Shown here: positions 44,845 through 53,577 of the stretch, piece after piece
Numbering within the stretch: the first letter of the stretch is position 1
Layout: each line of letters begins with the position of its first letter
NCBI GenBank assembly: GCA_012409925.1
Contig: GCA_012409925.1_4804.1
From: a phage
DNA length: 60,053 bases
Strand: one strand, 5' to 3'
Made by a program: the position numbers and the translations under genes
Notes under the pieces: model-generated
Seen by the model: the letters and a program-made list of their open reading frames with translations, nothing else
What the model was told of the DNA's origin: nothing
Database searches by the model: none

Positions 44845-44991
44845 TTATTCCTTAACAAATTCAGAGTAGTGTTTGGCCGCAGCCGCTTGATGTTGAGCCA
44901 TGACTCCTTGAAGGGTCGGAAGCTCTGCTGGTTTAGGTTCTAACGACTTTAACAGACATTCAACCTCGATGTTCAATTCTTCGCTTTGCAT
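44845..44991 (-). CDS. small protein, 48 aa (below ORF-track cutoff)
   Basis: ATG 44991 with GAGGTG RBS; MQSEELNIEVECLLKSLEPKPAELPTLQGVMAQHQAAAAKHYSEFVKE. Confidence 0.35.
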   Translation of the reverse strand: MQSEELNIEVECLLKSLEPKPAELPTLQGVMAQHQAAAAKHYSEFVKE

Positions 44992-45049
44992 GAATCACCT
45001 CTGCTTCAGTTCATAAAATGATTATAGTTGCTATGAAAATAAAAGCAAA

Positions 45050-46132
45050 CTATTTTATGCCACCTGCACGACGATTTATCATGTCAAGTTGATTCTCAAT
45101 ATAAGGCATGACGATTGCTTCAACAAAAGCAGTCCAACCTTTCTTGCCTTCCCCTTTCCGGTGGCAGTCGTGGGCGCAACCGAACACAAATTCATGTTCT
45201 GCACCAGGGATAGGGCCGCGAAAGTACGCGCCATACGGGTCGCCGTTGGTGTGCTCTTCACCCCAAGGGCAGATTATGCGGCACTTGCCTGACATATTCT
45301 CGATGACGTCGCCATCAGACCCTTCACCCATCTTGTTGCGCGCTAGAATCTGCTGGGCTATTTTATACCAAACAGCATCGTACTTGTATTCATCTACGTC
45401 AATTTGAATCTCACGCTTTTGCGGCATAACGACGTGAAAGCCGAATGCCTGACAGATGTCTTCGATGGTGTAGCGCAAGGAGTAGTCTGCATGGACAAGT
45501 CGGCAGCGGAACGGGTCGCCGTTCTCATCGACATATTTATAGGGGCCGTCGTGAGTCACACGCTTGTTGTTGATGCACCCAGGAACACGGCCCACGCGCG
45601 TTACGTCTTTAATCGTGTTGTCGCCGCCCTTCTTGAGTACCATGTTAACGAAAGACCCAAGGAACGCTTTGAACTGAATAAGATGGTCAATCGGTTCTTT
45701 AAAGAAGTACCAAAGCTGGTGGTTGTTCGGTGAAGTCTCGACGATGACAGTCGGCTTCAGTCGCTCGAAAAAGAATTCCAAATCTAAATCGCCTTTGGAC
45801 CCTTTACCGTGACCGATGTCGTCGACCATCATCGCCATACCGTGACCAAAGGCCGACTCTGTACGCCAGTATCGCATCTCACCCGTCTTTGGGTTGGGAG
45901 ACTTACGCATTGAACTGATGCACGCATAGCCGTTTTGGTGCTGCATGAGCGGCTTGCCCAACTTCCAAGGCTTAGGCCAGAAGCTGCTGTTAATCTTCTT
46001 GCCGCGCTCGTCAGTCTGCACCGTTGCTTCAGGAGCAAACACCGTCATGACGCGCTCATCTTCTGGGATGCCTCTTTGGAGTTCTGTTAAAAACTCTTCA
46101 ATTATTTTTGCTTCTTCTCTTAAACTAGCCAT
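45050..46132 (-). CDS. DNA primase-polymerase (PrimPol-like) with C-terminal zinc-binding primase domain
   Basis: 360 aa; ...MAMMVDDIGHG... and ...ETSPNNHQLWYFF... motifs; C-terminal CPWGEEH...CAHDCH Cys/His cluster. Confidence 0.55.
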   Translation of the reverse strand: MASLREEAKIIEEFLTELQRGIPEDERVMTVFAPEATVQTDERGKKINSSFWPKPWKLGKPLMQHQNGYACISSMRKSPNPKTGEMRYWRTESAFGHGMAMMVDDIGHGKGSKGDLDLEFFFERLKPTVIVETSPNNHQLWYFFKEPIDHLIQFKAFLGSFVNMVLKKGGDNTIKDVTRVGRVPGCINNKRVTHDGPYKYVDENGDPFRCRLVHADYSLRYTIEDICQAFGFHVVMPQKREIQIDVDEYKYDAVWYKIAQQILARNKMGEGSDGDVIENMSGKCRIICPWGEEHTNGDPYGAYFRGPIPGAEHEFVFGCAHDCHRKGEGKKGWTAFVEAIVMPYIENQLDMINRRAGGIK

Positions 46133-46292
46133 CTTTCTTTCCTTCGGTGATCAATACCTGCAGTATAATATTGAGTGATACAAAGTCAACAATATTTACC
46201 ATTTAGTTCACAATTTCGATTTACTTTGCTTTATACTATATCTGCAATTATACTATCAAAAAATATTTCCGCACTAACAAAGGTCGCCTGAA

Positions 46293-46619
46293 ATGAACGA
46301 AAAAGAGACGAAGCAACGCGAGCGTGCAACACACGTCGGAATCGTTGAGTCCTTCCTTAATACAAGATTGAATTCAAGCCTAACAATCATGCGATTCCTG
46401 GGTCAACCAGACAGAATCAAATTTATTTTTGCCGCAAATCCGGTATCGCTGTACATCCCTGTTGAATCCATGGCATACTTGGTGCGCGACGAGAAAGGAT
46501 GGAAGATACCAAACACAACTGTTTTCTTCAGCCATGTTGATGGTGAGATGTTTGAACGAAAAGAAGATTGCCATTTTATTCCAGTATATCTGGACCTTGA
46601 CAGCGTAGTGGAGTTATAA
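46293..46619 (+). CDS. hypothetical protein, 108 aa
   Basis: ORF track; first gene of plus-strand replication block after divergent AT-rich region. Confidence 0.45.
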   Translation: MNEKETKQRERATHVGIVESFLNTRLNSSLTIMRFLGQPDRIKFIFAANPVSLYIPVESMAYLVRDEKGWKIPNTTVFFSHVDGEMFERKEDCHFIPVYLDLDSVVEL

Positions 46620-47803
46620 TGAATATTCCAGAATTTAATGATGAGCCAGTTATTCAGTTTAACGCGCAACAAATCGATGCCATCGAGAAGGCCGTTGCAT
46701 GGTACAAGCGATTGCAGGACGGTAAAACGACGAAGCGTGTGTTTTTCATTGCTGGCTATGCAGGGACTGGTAAAACCTCTATTGCTCGTGAGATTGTGCG
46801 CCGCTGTGTCGGTGAGTACGGCGCTATCTATATTGCGCCGACCGGAAAGGCTGCAAGCCGATTAAAGCAAAAAGGCTGTCGTGGCGCTAAGACCCTTCAC
46901 CAGTTCATCTATAACGTGCGCGGCGTAAATGACGACAATGAGCCAATCTTTTCGAGAAAGTCAAAGCTGGATGAAAGGCCGCACCTTGTTGTACTCGATG
47001 AAGCGTCGATGGTTGGCGAGTGGGACACAGAGCGCCTTCTTGATCACCGCATCCCTGTCCTGGCATTAGGCGACATTGGACAAGTCCCTCCGGTAAAAGC
47101 CGCCGCCTACTTTACTGAAGATGCCGTTGACGTACTGTTAACCGAAATCATGCGGCAAGGGAAAGAGTCCAACATAATCCGCGCCTCCTTCTTCGTGCGC
47201 CAAGGCAACCGCCTTCCTCCGCGTGAATACGATGACGTCAAAGTATTGGCAGAATCGCCGCGCGTTACTGCATTGAAGAAATTCATGGGCGAGGATGATC
47301 AAATTATTTGCTCCTATAATAGCACCAAAGATAAATGGAATTCATTATTACGGCAAGTGAGCGGACGTATAACGCCAATGCCAGGAATCGGCGAGAAGGT
47401 TATTTGCACCTTCAACCAGCACGGGCCAGGATTCTGTAATGGTGAGCAGGGGATTGTTATTAGCTATGAGCCAGTGCCGGACTTTGAAAGGGATGAAGAT
47501 GAGTCGAATGAAATAATGTATGTCAACTTGCGTTCATTGACTGATGGTAAAGATATAAAGGTAAAGATTAATCCTCTTTCCTTCTCTACTGATCAGGAAG
47601 TGCGCAAAGAAGCGCAACGCGCTGTTGGCGGGATGGACTATGGCTATGTCATCACGGTGCACAAATCGCAAGGCAGCGAGTGGGACAATGTGTGCGTGCT
47701 GGAAGAAATCTTGCGCGGCGTTCCGTACTCCAAGATGATGTACACCGCTATCACCCGTGCTAAGAAGAATCTGACCGTGTACCGTGATTTGAAAGCGCGT
47801 TAA
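46619..47803 (+). CDS. Dda/RecD-like SF1 DNA helicase
   Basis: Walker A GYAGTGKTS, Walker B VVLDEASMV, C-terminal ...YGYVITVHKSQGSEWDNVCVL... motif. Confidence 0.8.
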   Translation: MNIPEFNDEPVIQFNAQQIDAIEKAVAWYKRLQDGKTTKRVFFIAGYAGTGKTSIAREIVRRCVGEYGAIYIAPTGKAASRLKQKGCRGAKTLHQFIYNVRGVNDDNEPIFSRKSKLDERPHLVVLDEASMVGEWDTERLLDHRIPVLALGDIGQVPPVKAAAYFTEDAVDVLLTEIMRQGKESNIIRASFFVRQGNRLPPREYDDVKVLAESPRVTALKKFMGEDDQIICSYNSTKDKWNSLLRQVSGRITPMPGIGEKVICTFNQHGPGFCNGEQGIVISYEPVPDFERDEDESNEIMYVNLRSLTDGKDIKVKINPLSFSTDQEVRKEAQRAVGGMDYGYVITVHKSQGSEWDNVCVLEEILRGVPYSKMMYTAITRAKKNLTVYRDLKAR

Positions 47804-47961
47804 TGTTGACGTAAATTTACGAAAAATAAAACTGAAAATCAGTTTAATTAAAGTGGCATTGCCGCCATAGTTTTTAGTTGCTACTGGCGGCGACTGAAGG
47901 CATAATTAAGTTATCCCAAACGGGGAATATAAATAAACTAATTTATTTAAGGACTGTGAAT

Positions 47962-48801
47962 ATGGCCGAAGCAATCAAAGTATTATCTAAAGAAGAAAAA
48001 CAAGCAGCTGCAGCAGAACGTCGTCGCGTGGCTGAAGAAAAACGTCTGGCTAAAAAGAAAGAAGCCGAAGAGAAGCGCCAGAAGCGCGAGCAGGAAAAAC
48101 AAGCCAAGCGTGAAGAAGCTGCGCTGAAGCGCAAACAGGCTGCTGATGAGAAGGCTCAGAAGCGTGCTGAAGAAGCAGCGAAGAAAGCCAAAGAGCGTGC
48201 TGAAAAGGCTGCTGCTAAGAAGGCAGAGCGTGAAGCCGCTAAAGCAGCGAAAGAAATTGAAAAGGCTAAAGCTAAAGAAGAAGCCAAGCGTCTGAAAGCA
48301 GAGCAGGCTGCTGCCAAGAAAGCAGAGCGTGATCAAGCCCGTGCTGCAGCGAAGGCCGAAAAAGAGAAGGCCAAAGAAGAAGCTAAAGCGAAACGCAAAG
48401 CAGAGCGTGAAGCTGCTAAGATTGCGGCGAAAGAAGCTGCGGAAAAGCAGAAAGAACAGCGTAAGAAAGAAGCTGAAGAACGTCGCAAAGCCATCGCAGA
48501 GCGCAAGGCTGCTAAAAAGGCAAACGGTCAGCGTCGTGCAAAAGCCACTCACTTCATCTACACTGGCAATGGCCTGAGCCAGCCGCAAGAGCATTCCACC
48601 CGTGGACGCGTTCTGGCGGCGATCAAAGAAGGCGAAGTTGGCGTGGCGCAGTCTATCGATGAGCTGGGAGAGAAAGTTAAAGATCAACTGTTTGGCGCTT
48701 CCGTTCGCTCCTACCTGAGCAAGCTGGAAGAGATGGGCCACATCGAGTTTGTCGATGTTGAATCCAACGACGATGCCGAAGACGGTGATCAAGCGGAATA
48801 A
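47962..48801 (+). CDS. K/A/E/R-rich low-complexity protein with globular C-terminal ~90 aa
   Basis: ATG 47962 (AAGGA RBS) in track ORF 47878..48801; ~200 aa of EEKRLAKKKEAEEKRQKRE-type repeats; acidic C-terminal tail. Confidence 0.55.
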   Translation: MAEAIKVLSKEEKQAAAAERRRVAEEKRLAKKKEAEEKRQKREQEKQAKREEAALKRKQAADEKAQKRAEEAAKKAKERAEKAAAKKAEREAAKAAKEIEKAKAKEEAKRLKAEQAAAKKAERDQARAAAKAEKEKAKEEAKAKRKAEREAAKIAAKEAAEKQKEQRKKEAEERRKAIAERKAAKKANGQRRAKATHFIYTGNGLSQPQEHSTRGRVLAAIKEGEVGVAQSIDELGEKVKDQLFGASVRSYLSKLEEMGHIEFVDVESNDDAEDGDQAE

Positions 48802-48829
48802 CCTGTAGGACGGTTATATAGCGGTAATT

Positions 48830-48858
48830 GACCCACACTTGTTGTGGGTCTTTTTTCG
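48830..48858 (+). terminator. rho-independent terminator
   Basis: GACCCACA-cttgt-TGTGGGTC followed by TTTTTTCG. Confidence 0.65.
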
Positions 48859-48882
48859 TCTGTACTAAATAGAAATGACTTG

Positions 48883-48911
48883 TTGCTGTAAAATAATTTA
48901 GCTATTATACT
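48883..48911 (+). promoter_or_regulatory. candidate sigma70-type promoter
   Basis: TTGCTG, 17-nt spacer, TATACT; precedes AAGGA RBS and ATG 48936. Confidence 0.35.
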
Positions 48912-48935
48912 TCTCATATCACCCACAAAGGACAA

Positions 48936-49931
48936 ATGAACATGAAACAACCTGTAATGATTATCGGCGGCGGTTTGGCAGGACTTATCACGGCTTGTCA
49001 CTTTCCGAACTCTATTGTGTACGAAGCAGGCGAACGCGTCGCGCAGCACAAGGCGCTGCTACGATTTCGCGGCGAAGAAGTAAGCCGTATTACCGGAATC
49101 CCCTTTAAGGCCGTGACAGTCGATAAGGCTGTGTATTTTCGTGGCAACTACTATCACGACCACTGCCCGATTAACCTTGCCAACATGTACTCTATGAAAG
49201 TCACCAACCAGTTTGGCAGCCGCTCAATCATGAAGCTTCAAACTGCTACGCGCTACATAGCGCCGGATGACTTTTATGATCAACTTGTCGATAAACTGGG
49301 TGACCGTATATTCTTTAATACTCCGGTCGACACGCTTTGCGGCTATAGCGAGACGCCAATCATCAACACATCGCCGCTGCCAGTCATGATGAAGCTTGCT
49401 GGTATTGATCAAAAGCTCGACTTCTCGTTTGATAAGGCAAATATTCGCGTTTATCGTTTTAAGATTAAGCGCAAGTGTGAACTTTATCAAACAATTTACT
49501 TCCCTGACTATTCTGTAAGGACTTACCGCGCATCAATCACTGGTGACACGCTGATCATTGAAACAATTCCATTGGTAAGCGTCAGCGCGGCAGCAGTTGA
49601 AGCCGCTGGCGGCATTACCCGTTATCGCGACATGAAGCTGCGTGCAGAAGTGGATGAAGTTCTTACCGCTTTTGGTCTTTCATGGAATGACATCTCTTTG
49701 GAAGAAGTTGAAAAGGTTGACCAGAAGTATGGCAAAATTGTCGACATTCCGAAAGACTTGCGCCACGCCTTACTGCTCCAGTTGACTATGGATTTGAACG
49801 TATTTAGTGTCGGTCGATTCGCTACTTGGCGAAACATTTTGCTTGATGACGTCGCTCATGACCTTGCTGAAGTTGAAAAACTCATCAAAGCAAATAACTA
49901 TCAAAAATTTGCTTATATTGCTAATAAATAA
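48936..49931 (+). CDS. FAD/NAD(P)-binding Rossmann-fold oxidoreductase, 331 aa
   Basis: N-terminal dinucleotide-binding fingerprint MKQPVMIIGGGLAGL; family not resolved. Confidence 0.5.
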   Translation: MNMKQPVMIIGGGLAGLITACHFPNSIVYEAGERVAQHKALLRFRGEEVSRITGIPFKAVTVDKAVYFRGNYYHDHCPINLANMYSMKVTNQFGSRSIMKLQTATRYIAPDDFYDQLVDKLGDRIFFNTPVDTLCGYSETPIINTSPLPVMMKLAGIDQKLDFSFDKANIRVYRFKIKRKCELYQTIYFPDYSVRTYRASITGDTLIIETIPLVSVSAAAVEAAGGITRYRDMKLRAEVDEVLTAFGLSWNDISLEEVEKVDQKYGKIVDIPKDLRHALLLQLTMDLNVFSVGRFATWRNILLDDVAHDLAEVEKLIKANNYQKFAYIANK

Positions 49932-49996
49932 TTTGCTTTCTGCTTCAATGGGCGTATACTTTAATCATTGAAGCAGAACTCATAGAGGAAACGAAA

Positions 49997-50443
49997 ATGA
50001 AACGCATCACTGGAATCGCGCTTGCCGCGACTGCTATTCTCGGAACCATGTATATGGAAGCGACTGAAGCCGCTGTCCGTACTTCCGATTCAATCGCTGT
50101 TTACGATTGCGAAGCGATGGACGGCAAGACCGCAGCGACGACTGGCGCAACAATTACCACTTACATCGGTGTGAACGAGCAAGAAGGTCTGAATATTCAG
50201 ATTCAGGGATTCACCGGAAAAGGTGCCAACCGGACTCCGTGGATGCAGCGTTTCACTTTCGTTCAGCCTCGTTCAACTGGCGGCTTTATTAACCTGATTG
50301 GGGAAAACCGTTCTGGTGCAGAAATCTTTACATCAATGAGTTCTAATAATGAACCAAAGAAAAGTTTTCAGTTGCTTTATAACGCACAATTCGTTTATCA
50401 TTGCACCTTCTCTGGTGATCAGCAACTAGTGAATTACCGTTAA
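49997..50443 (+). CDS. secreted/periplasmic protein, 148 aa
   Basis: N-terminal signal-peptide-like MKRITGIALAATAILGTMYMEA; two Cys in mature part. Confidence 0.45.
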   Translation: MKRITGIALAATAILGTMYMEATEAAVRTSDSIAVYDCEAMDGKTAATTGATITTYIGVNEQEGLNIQIQGFTGKGANRTPWMQRFTFVQPRSTGGFINLIGENRSGAEIFTSMSSNNEPKKSFQLLYNAQFVYHCTFSGDQQLVNYR

Positions 50444-50456
50444 TAGGATAATTAAA

Positions 50457-51260
50457 ATGAAAGTTGAATTAATTCGATACACCCAAGATGCACTTGACCT
50501 TTTGCTGGAAACAAAGAACACGCGCATGATTGGTAAGCCAGTCTCTGAGATGACAGAATCAGAGAAGCAAGAGCACTGGCGCTACATGCTTGATACAATC
50601 AAGTCGCCTTTTGACTTTGTGGACTATATCTTTGACATCACTGATGTATCAAAGAATATGACTCATCAGATGGTGCGCACACGCACAGGTGCATATCAAG
50701 AACGCACAAGCCGCGCTCAGGAGTCGTCAGCATTTGATGCGATTCGTCCTGCCAAATTTACTTACCCAGAGGATGATCCAAAGGGATGGACTCGTCATGA
50801 CGAGAAGGCTGCTGAACTGGCAGAGAAATGGGATGATGCAATGGCAACCATTGACGCCCTATACCAAGAACTTCGCGCGGCTGGCGCAGAGATTCAAGAT
50901 GCACGTGCCGTGTTGCCTTCTAATATGCAAACGCATATCATGGCAAAGTTCAACTTGCGCACGCTGCAGCAGATGGCGTCAAACCGCTTGTGCACGCGCA
51001 CCCAAGGCGAGTATCAAGAAGTATTCCGCGCAATGGTTGCGGAAGTCCTCAAGGTGCACCCGTGGGCAAATCCACTATTACAGCCGCAATGCATCGGTAT
51101 GGGTAAATGCGCGTTTCCTCGTCATGGCAAAGCCCATTGCCCTTGGTATCGTGATTGGATGGATACCACGGCACAGCAAGAAGAGTTGCGCATCCAGTTT
51201 TGGAGTGCAATGCCAATCACCAACAATCCAGTTGCTAAAGATGGAGTATCAAAAGGATGA
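50457..51260 (+). CDS. thyX: divergent flavin-dependent thymidylate synthase (ThyX)-like protein
   Basis: ...MTHQMVRTRTGAYQERTSRAQES... and ...ARAVLPSNMQTHIMAKFNLRTLQQMASNRLCTRTQGEYQEV... align with ThyX signature blocks, but RHR is RTR and a Cys-rich C-terminal tail is appended. Confidence 0.55.
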   Translation: MKVELIRYTQDALDLLLETKNTRMIGKPVSEMTESEKQEHWRYMLDTIKSPFDFVDYIFDITDVSKNMTHQMVRTRTGAYQERTSRAQESSAFDAIRPAKFTYPEDDPKGWTRHDEKAAELAEKWDDAMATIDALYQELRAAGAEIQDARAVLPSNMQTHIMAKFNLRTLQQMASNRLCTRTQGEYQEVFRAMVAEVLKVHPWANPLLQPQCIGMGKCAFPRHGKAHCPWYRDWMDTTAQQEELRIQFWSAMPITNNPVAKDGVSKG

Positions 51261-52132
51261 GCATTAAAAACAGCGAAATCTTAAACGTATTCGACCTTGA
51301 CGGAACGCTGTTTGATGACCGTTGGCGCTTAGACCGCATCAAGGTGGCAGGTCCGTTGTCAGACTATGATGACTATCACAGCGGTATTGGTTATGATCAG
51401 TTCTATCCTCACATTGCATCAGCAGTAGAGTCGGCATCTCTTCGCGGTGAGGCGGTTGAATATTGGACTGCAAGGCCAGAAAAATACAGACAAGTGACTT
51501 TTGAACGTCTAGACAATGTTTTCCCTTTTGATGAATTTACAATCAAGATGAGAGACTATGGCGACAAACGTCCATCAACTATTATGAAATCTGCATGGCT
51601 ATCGCACGCTTTGCGGCACGGCGATTATCGAATCATCAATGTATTCGACGACCGACAAGACGTACTCGCGCGGATGCAAGAAGAAGCTTTGCACTATAAT
51701 TCCATGGCGCAAAATAAAATCGCCTTTACATTTAATCTTTGCAAGGCAGGTGAAGTGGTGCAACAATTAGCAGTTGATCCAAGTGCAACAGGGAAAGAAG
51801 AGACTAAACTTGTTGAAGTTGAACAACAAGCCCCAGCAACCGCTGCTGATATTCTTGATGCGATGGCCGCGACCTTCCGTGAGCGCAATGCCGTTTATGG
51901 CGATAACGCTGTGATGGTAGGTCAGGTTATGCAGGTGTTGTTCCCTAATGGCGTAACTTTGAAGACACCGGAAGACTACCACATGTGGCATCTGTTCGAG
52001 CTTAAGATTGTCAAGCTTACACGCTTCGCAATCAGCGGCCTGAAGCACGAAGACTCAATACACGACGATGGTGTTTATAGCGCCATGTGTGAACGTCTTG
52101 TTAACACCCATAATATTAATTTCAATAAATAG
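51257..52132 (+). CDS. HAD-superfamily phosphatase-like protein
   Basis: N-terminal motif I ...VFDLDGTLFD...; ATGA overlap with ThyX-like gene. Confidence 0.55.
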   Translation: MSIKNSEILNVFDLDGTLFDDRWRLDRIKVAGPLSDYDDYHSGIGYDQFYPHIASAVESASLRGEAVEYWTARPEKYRQVTFERLDNVFPFDEFTIKMRDYGDKRPSTIMKSAWLSHALRHGDYRIINVFDDRQDVLARMQEEALHYNSMAQNKIAFTFNLCKAGEVVQQLAVDPSATGKEETKLVEVEQQAPATAADILDAMAATFRERNAVYGDNAVMVGQVMQVLFPNGVTLKTPEDYHMWHLFELKIVKLTRFAISGLKHEDSIHDDGVYSAMCERLVNTHNINFNK

Positions 52133-52161
52133 TTTACTTGTGCGTTTCGATGAGTTATATT
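52133..52161 (+). promoter_or_regulatory. candidate sigma70-type promoter with conserved hairpin/leader (copy A)
   Basis: TTTACT, 17-nt spacer, TATATT; spacer and leader GATGAGTTATATTTACCTCATCGAAACGAA nearly identical to element at 58976-59006. Confidence 0.45.
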
Positions 52162-52197
52162 TACCTCATCGAAACGAAGTCCAAAAAGGATAAATAA

Positions 52198-52881
52198 ATG
52201 AAAAAAGTAATTGTTGTAACAGGTTCCAATTCCGGTCTTGGTAAATCTATTTTTGACACCCTTGGCGCTTACGGTCATAACGTGCTTGGCATCGATTCAG
52301 CATACGGACATGACGTCCGCGATGCTAAACAGATGAAAGAAATTTTAAGCCCATATGATGTTGAAGGCTTGATCAACTGTGCTGGTGTCAACTCTAACAA
52401 TTGGTTTGAAGATGTAAACTATGAAGAGTTTAACCGCGTTATGCACACCAACGCATTCTCTTTCGTTAACACGACTCAGGCTGCGCTGAAAAGTCTTATC
52501 GACAACAAAGGCTTTGTGATCAACATCGTTTCCAACGCTGCGCATATTCCTATGACGTCCAGCTTGTGTTATAATGCATCCAAGGCCGCTGCGCTTATGA
52601 TCAGCAAGCAGATGGCTCACGAACTTACGCCTAAGTACGGCATCACGGTATTCTCTATTAGTCCTAACAAGTTACGCGGCACTGGCATGTCTAAACAGAT
52701 TGAAGATGCCGTTTGTGCGACTCGCGGCTGGACTCCTGAATACGCTGCTGAATACCAGAAAAAGGCATTGATGAACGGATTGGAGACTGAGCCGCAAGTA
52801 ATTGCTGACTTCATTCGCCATATCTTAATTACGGGCGCATGGCGCTTTATGTCTGGTACTGATATTCCATTTGGTAAATAA
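52198..52881 (+). CDS. short-chain dehydrogenase/reductase (SDR)
   Basis: Cofactor motif VVTGSNSGLGKS and catalytic Y-x3-K (YNASKAA); 227 aa. Confidence 0.65.
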   Translation: MKKVIVVTGSNSGLGKSIFDTLGAYGHNVLGIDSAYGHDVRDAKQMKEILSPYDVEGLINCAGVNSNNWFEDVNYEEFNRVMHTNAFSFVNTTQAALKSLIDNKGFVINIVSNAAHIPMTSSLCYNASKAAALMISKQMAHELTPKYGITVFSISPNKLRGTGMSKQIEDAVCATRGWTPEYAAEYQKKALMNGLETEPQVIADFIRHILITGAWRFMSGTDIPFGK

Positions 52882-52971
52882 ATCAAGAACATTTGAAGTT
52901 GTCGCTGCTCCTGAAAAACAGGACGAAGACAACACAGTAATTAATCAATAATATTTAATTAAGGAAACAAA

Positions 52972-53523
52972 ATGCCACATTTTAAAATTGAACAAATCGC
53001 CCTGTCAATTCCAGGTGCTCAGCGCGCACAGAATTTCCTGGCTAAAATCGGCCTGACAGAATGGTTCCATGATCACGTTGTTGCTACTGGTCGCGTATTT
53101 GAAGCTGATGTCTTTAAGGGTCAGCGCGGCGATTGCACCAACGAAGCTGACTTGCGCTTCAACTATCAGGCTGGCAACGGCACCGATGGCGGCGCTGGTA
53201 AGCCTCTTGAGCTTGAAATTCTTGACTATACAAAAGGTTGCAACTGGATTCACGAAAACATCGAATACATCGATGCGCACGACAATCAGGTTAGCCATCT
53301 TGGTATGCACGTGACTGCCGCTGAACTTGCTGAATGGCGCAAGTTCTTTAAAGAAGAAGGCATTCAGGTTGCGCAGGAAGTTGTGACCGACTCTCACACC
53401 AACCCAAACATTGCTGGTCAGCGTCGTTACAACTATGTGATCTTTGATACGCGTGAAATCATTGGTGTCGACCTTAAGTTCATCGTGCGGTTGAATCAAG
53501 ACGGTACTCCGTACACTGTATAA
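52972..53523 (+). CDS. hypothetical protein, 183 aa (VOC/glyoxalase-like candidate)
   Basis: ORF track; weak resemblance to vicinal-oxygen-chelate fold (HxGxxV, conserved Glu); low confidence. Confidence 0.3.
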   Translation: MPHFKIEQIALSIPGAQRAQNFLAKIGLTEWFHDHVVATGRVFEADVFKGQRGDCTNEADLRFNYQAGNGTDGGAGKPLELEILDYTKGCNWIHENIEYIDAHDNQVSHLGMHVTAAELAEWRKFFKEEGIQVAQEVVTDSHTNPNIAGQRRYNYVIFDTREIIGVDLKFIVRLNQDGTPYTV

Positions 53524-53539
53524 CGAATCGTGAATCTGT

Positions 53540-53565
53540 GGCCGTCCTAATGGGCGGCCTTTTTG
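53540..53565 (+). terminator. rho-independent terminator
   Basis: GGCCGTCC-taat-GGGCGGCC followed by TTTTTG. Confidence 0.55.
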
Positions 53566-53577
53566 TAGGAGGCTAAT

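Noticed and set aside
33983-46132. Integrase, excisionase or CI-like repressor marking a prophage
   Set aside because: No tyrosine/serine recombinase motifs or repressor-like helix-turn-helix plus peptidase protein recognised among the early genes; the element is treated as a virulent phage genome, although several unannotated small basic proteins could still be regulators.
47983-48792. Track ORF 47983..48792 (-), 269 aa Phe/Leu/Ser-rich
   Set aside because: Mirror image of the K/A/E-repeat gene; low-complexity antisense artefact.
53005-53499. Track ORF 53005..53499 (-)
   Set aside because: Antisense to 52972..53523, which has the better start context; no independent support.
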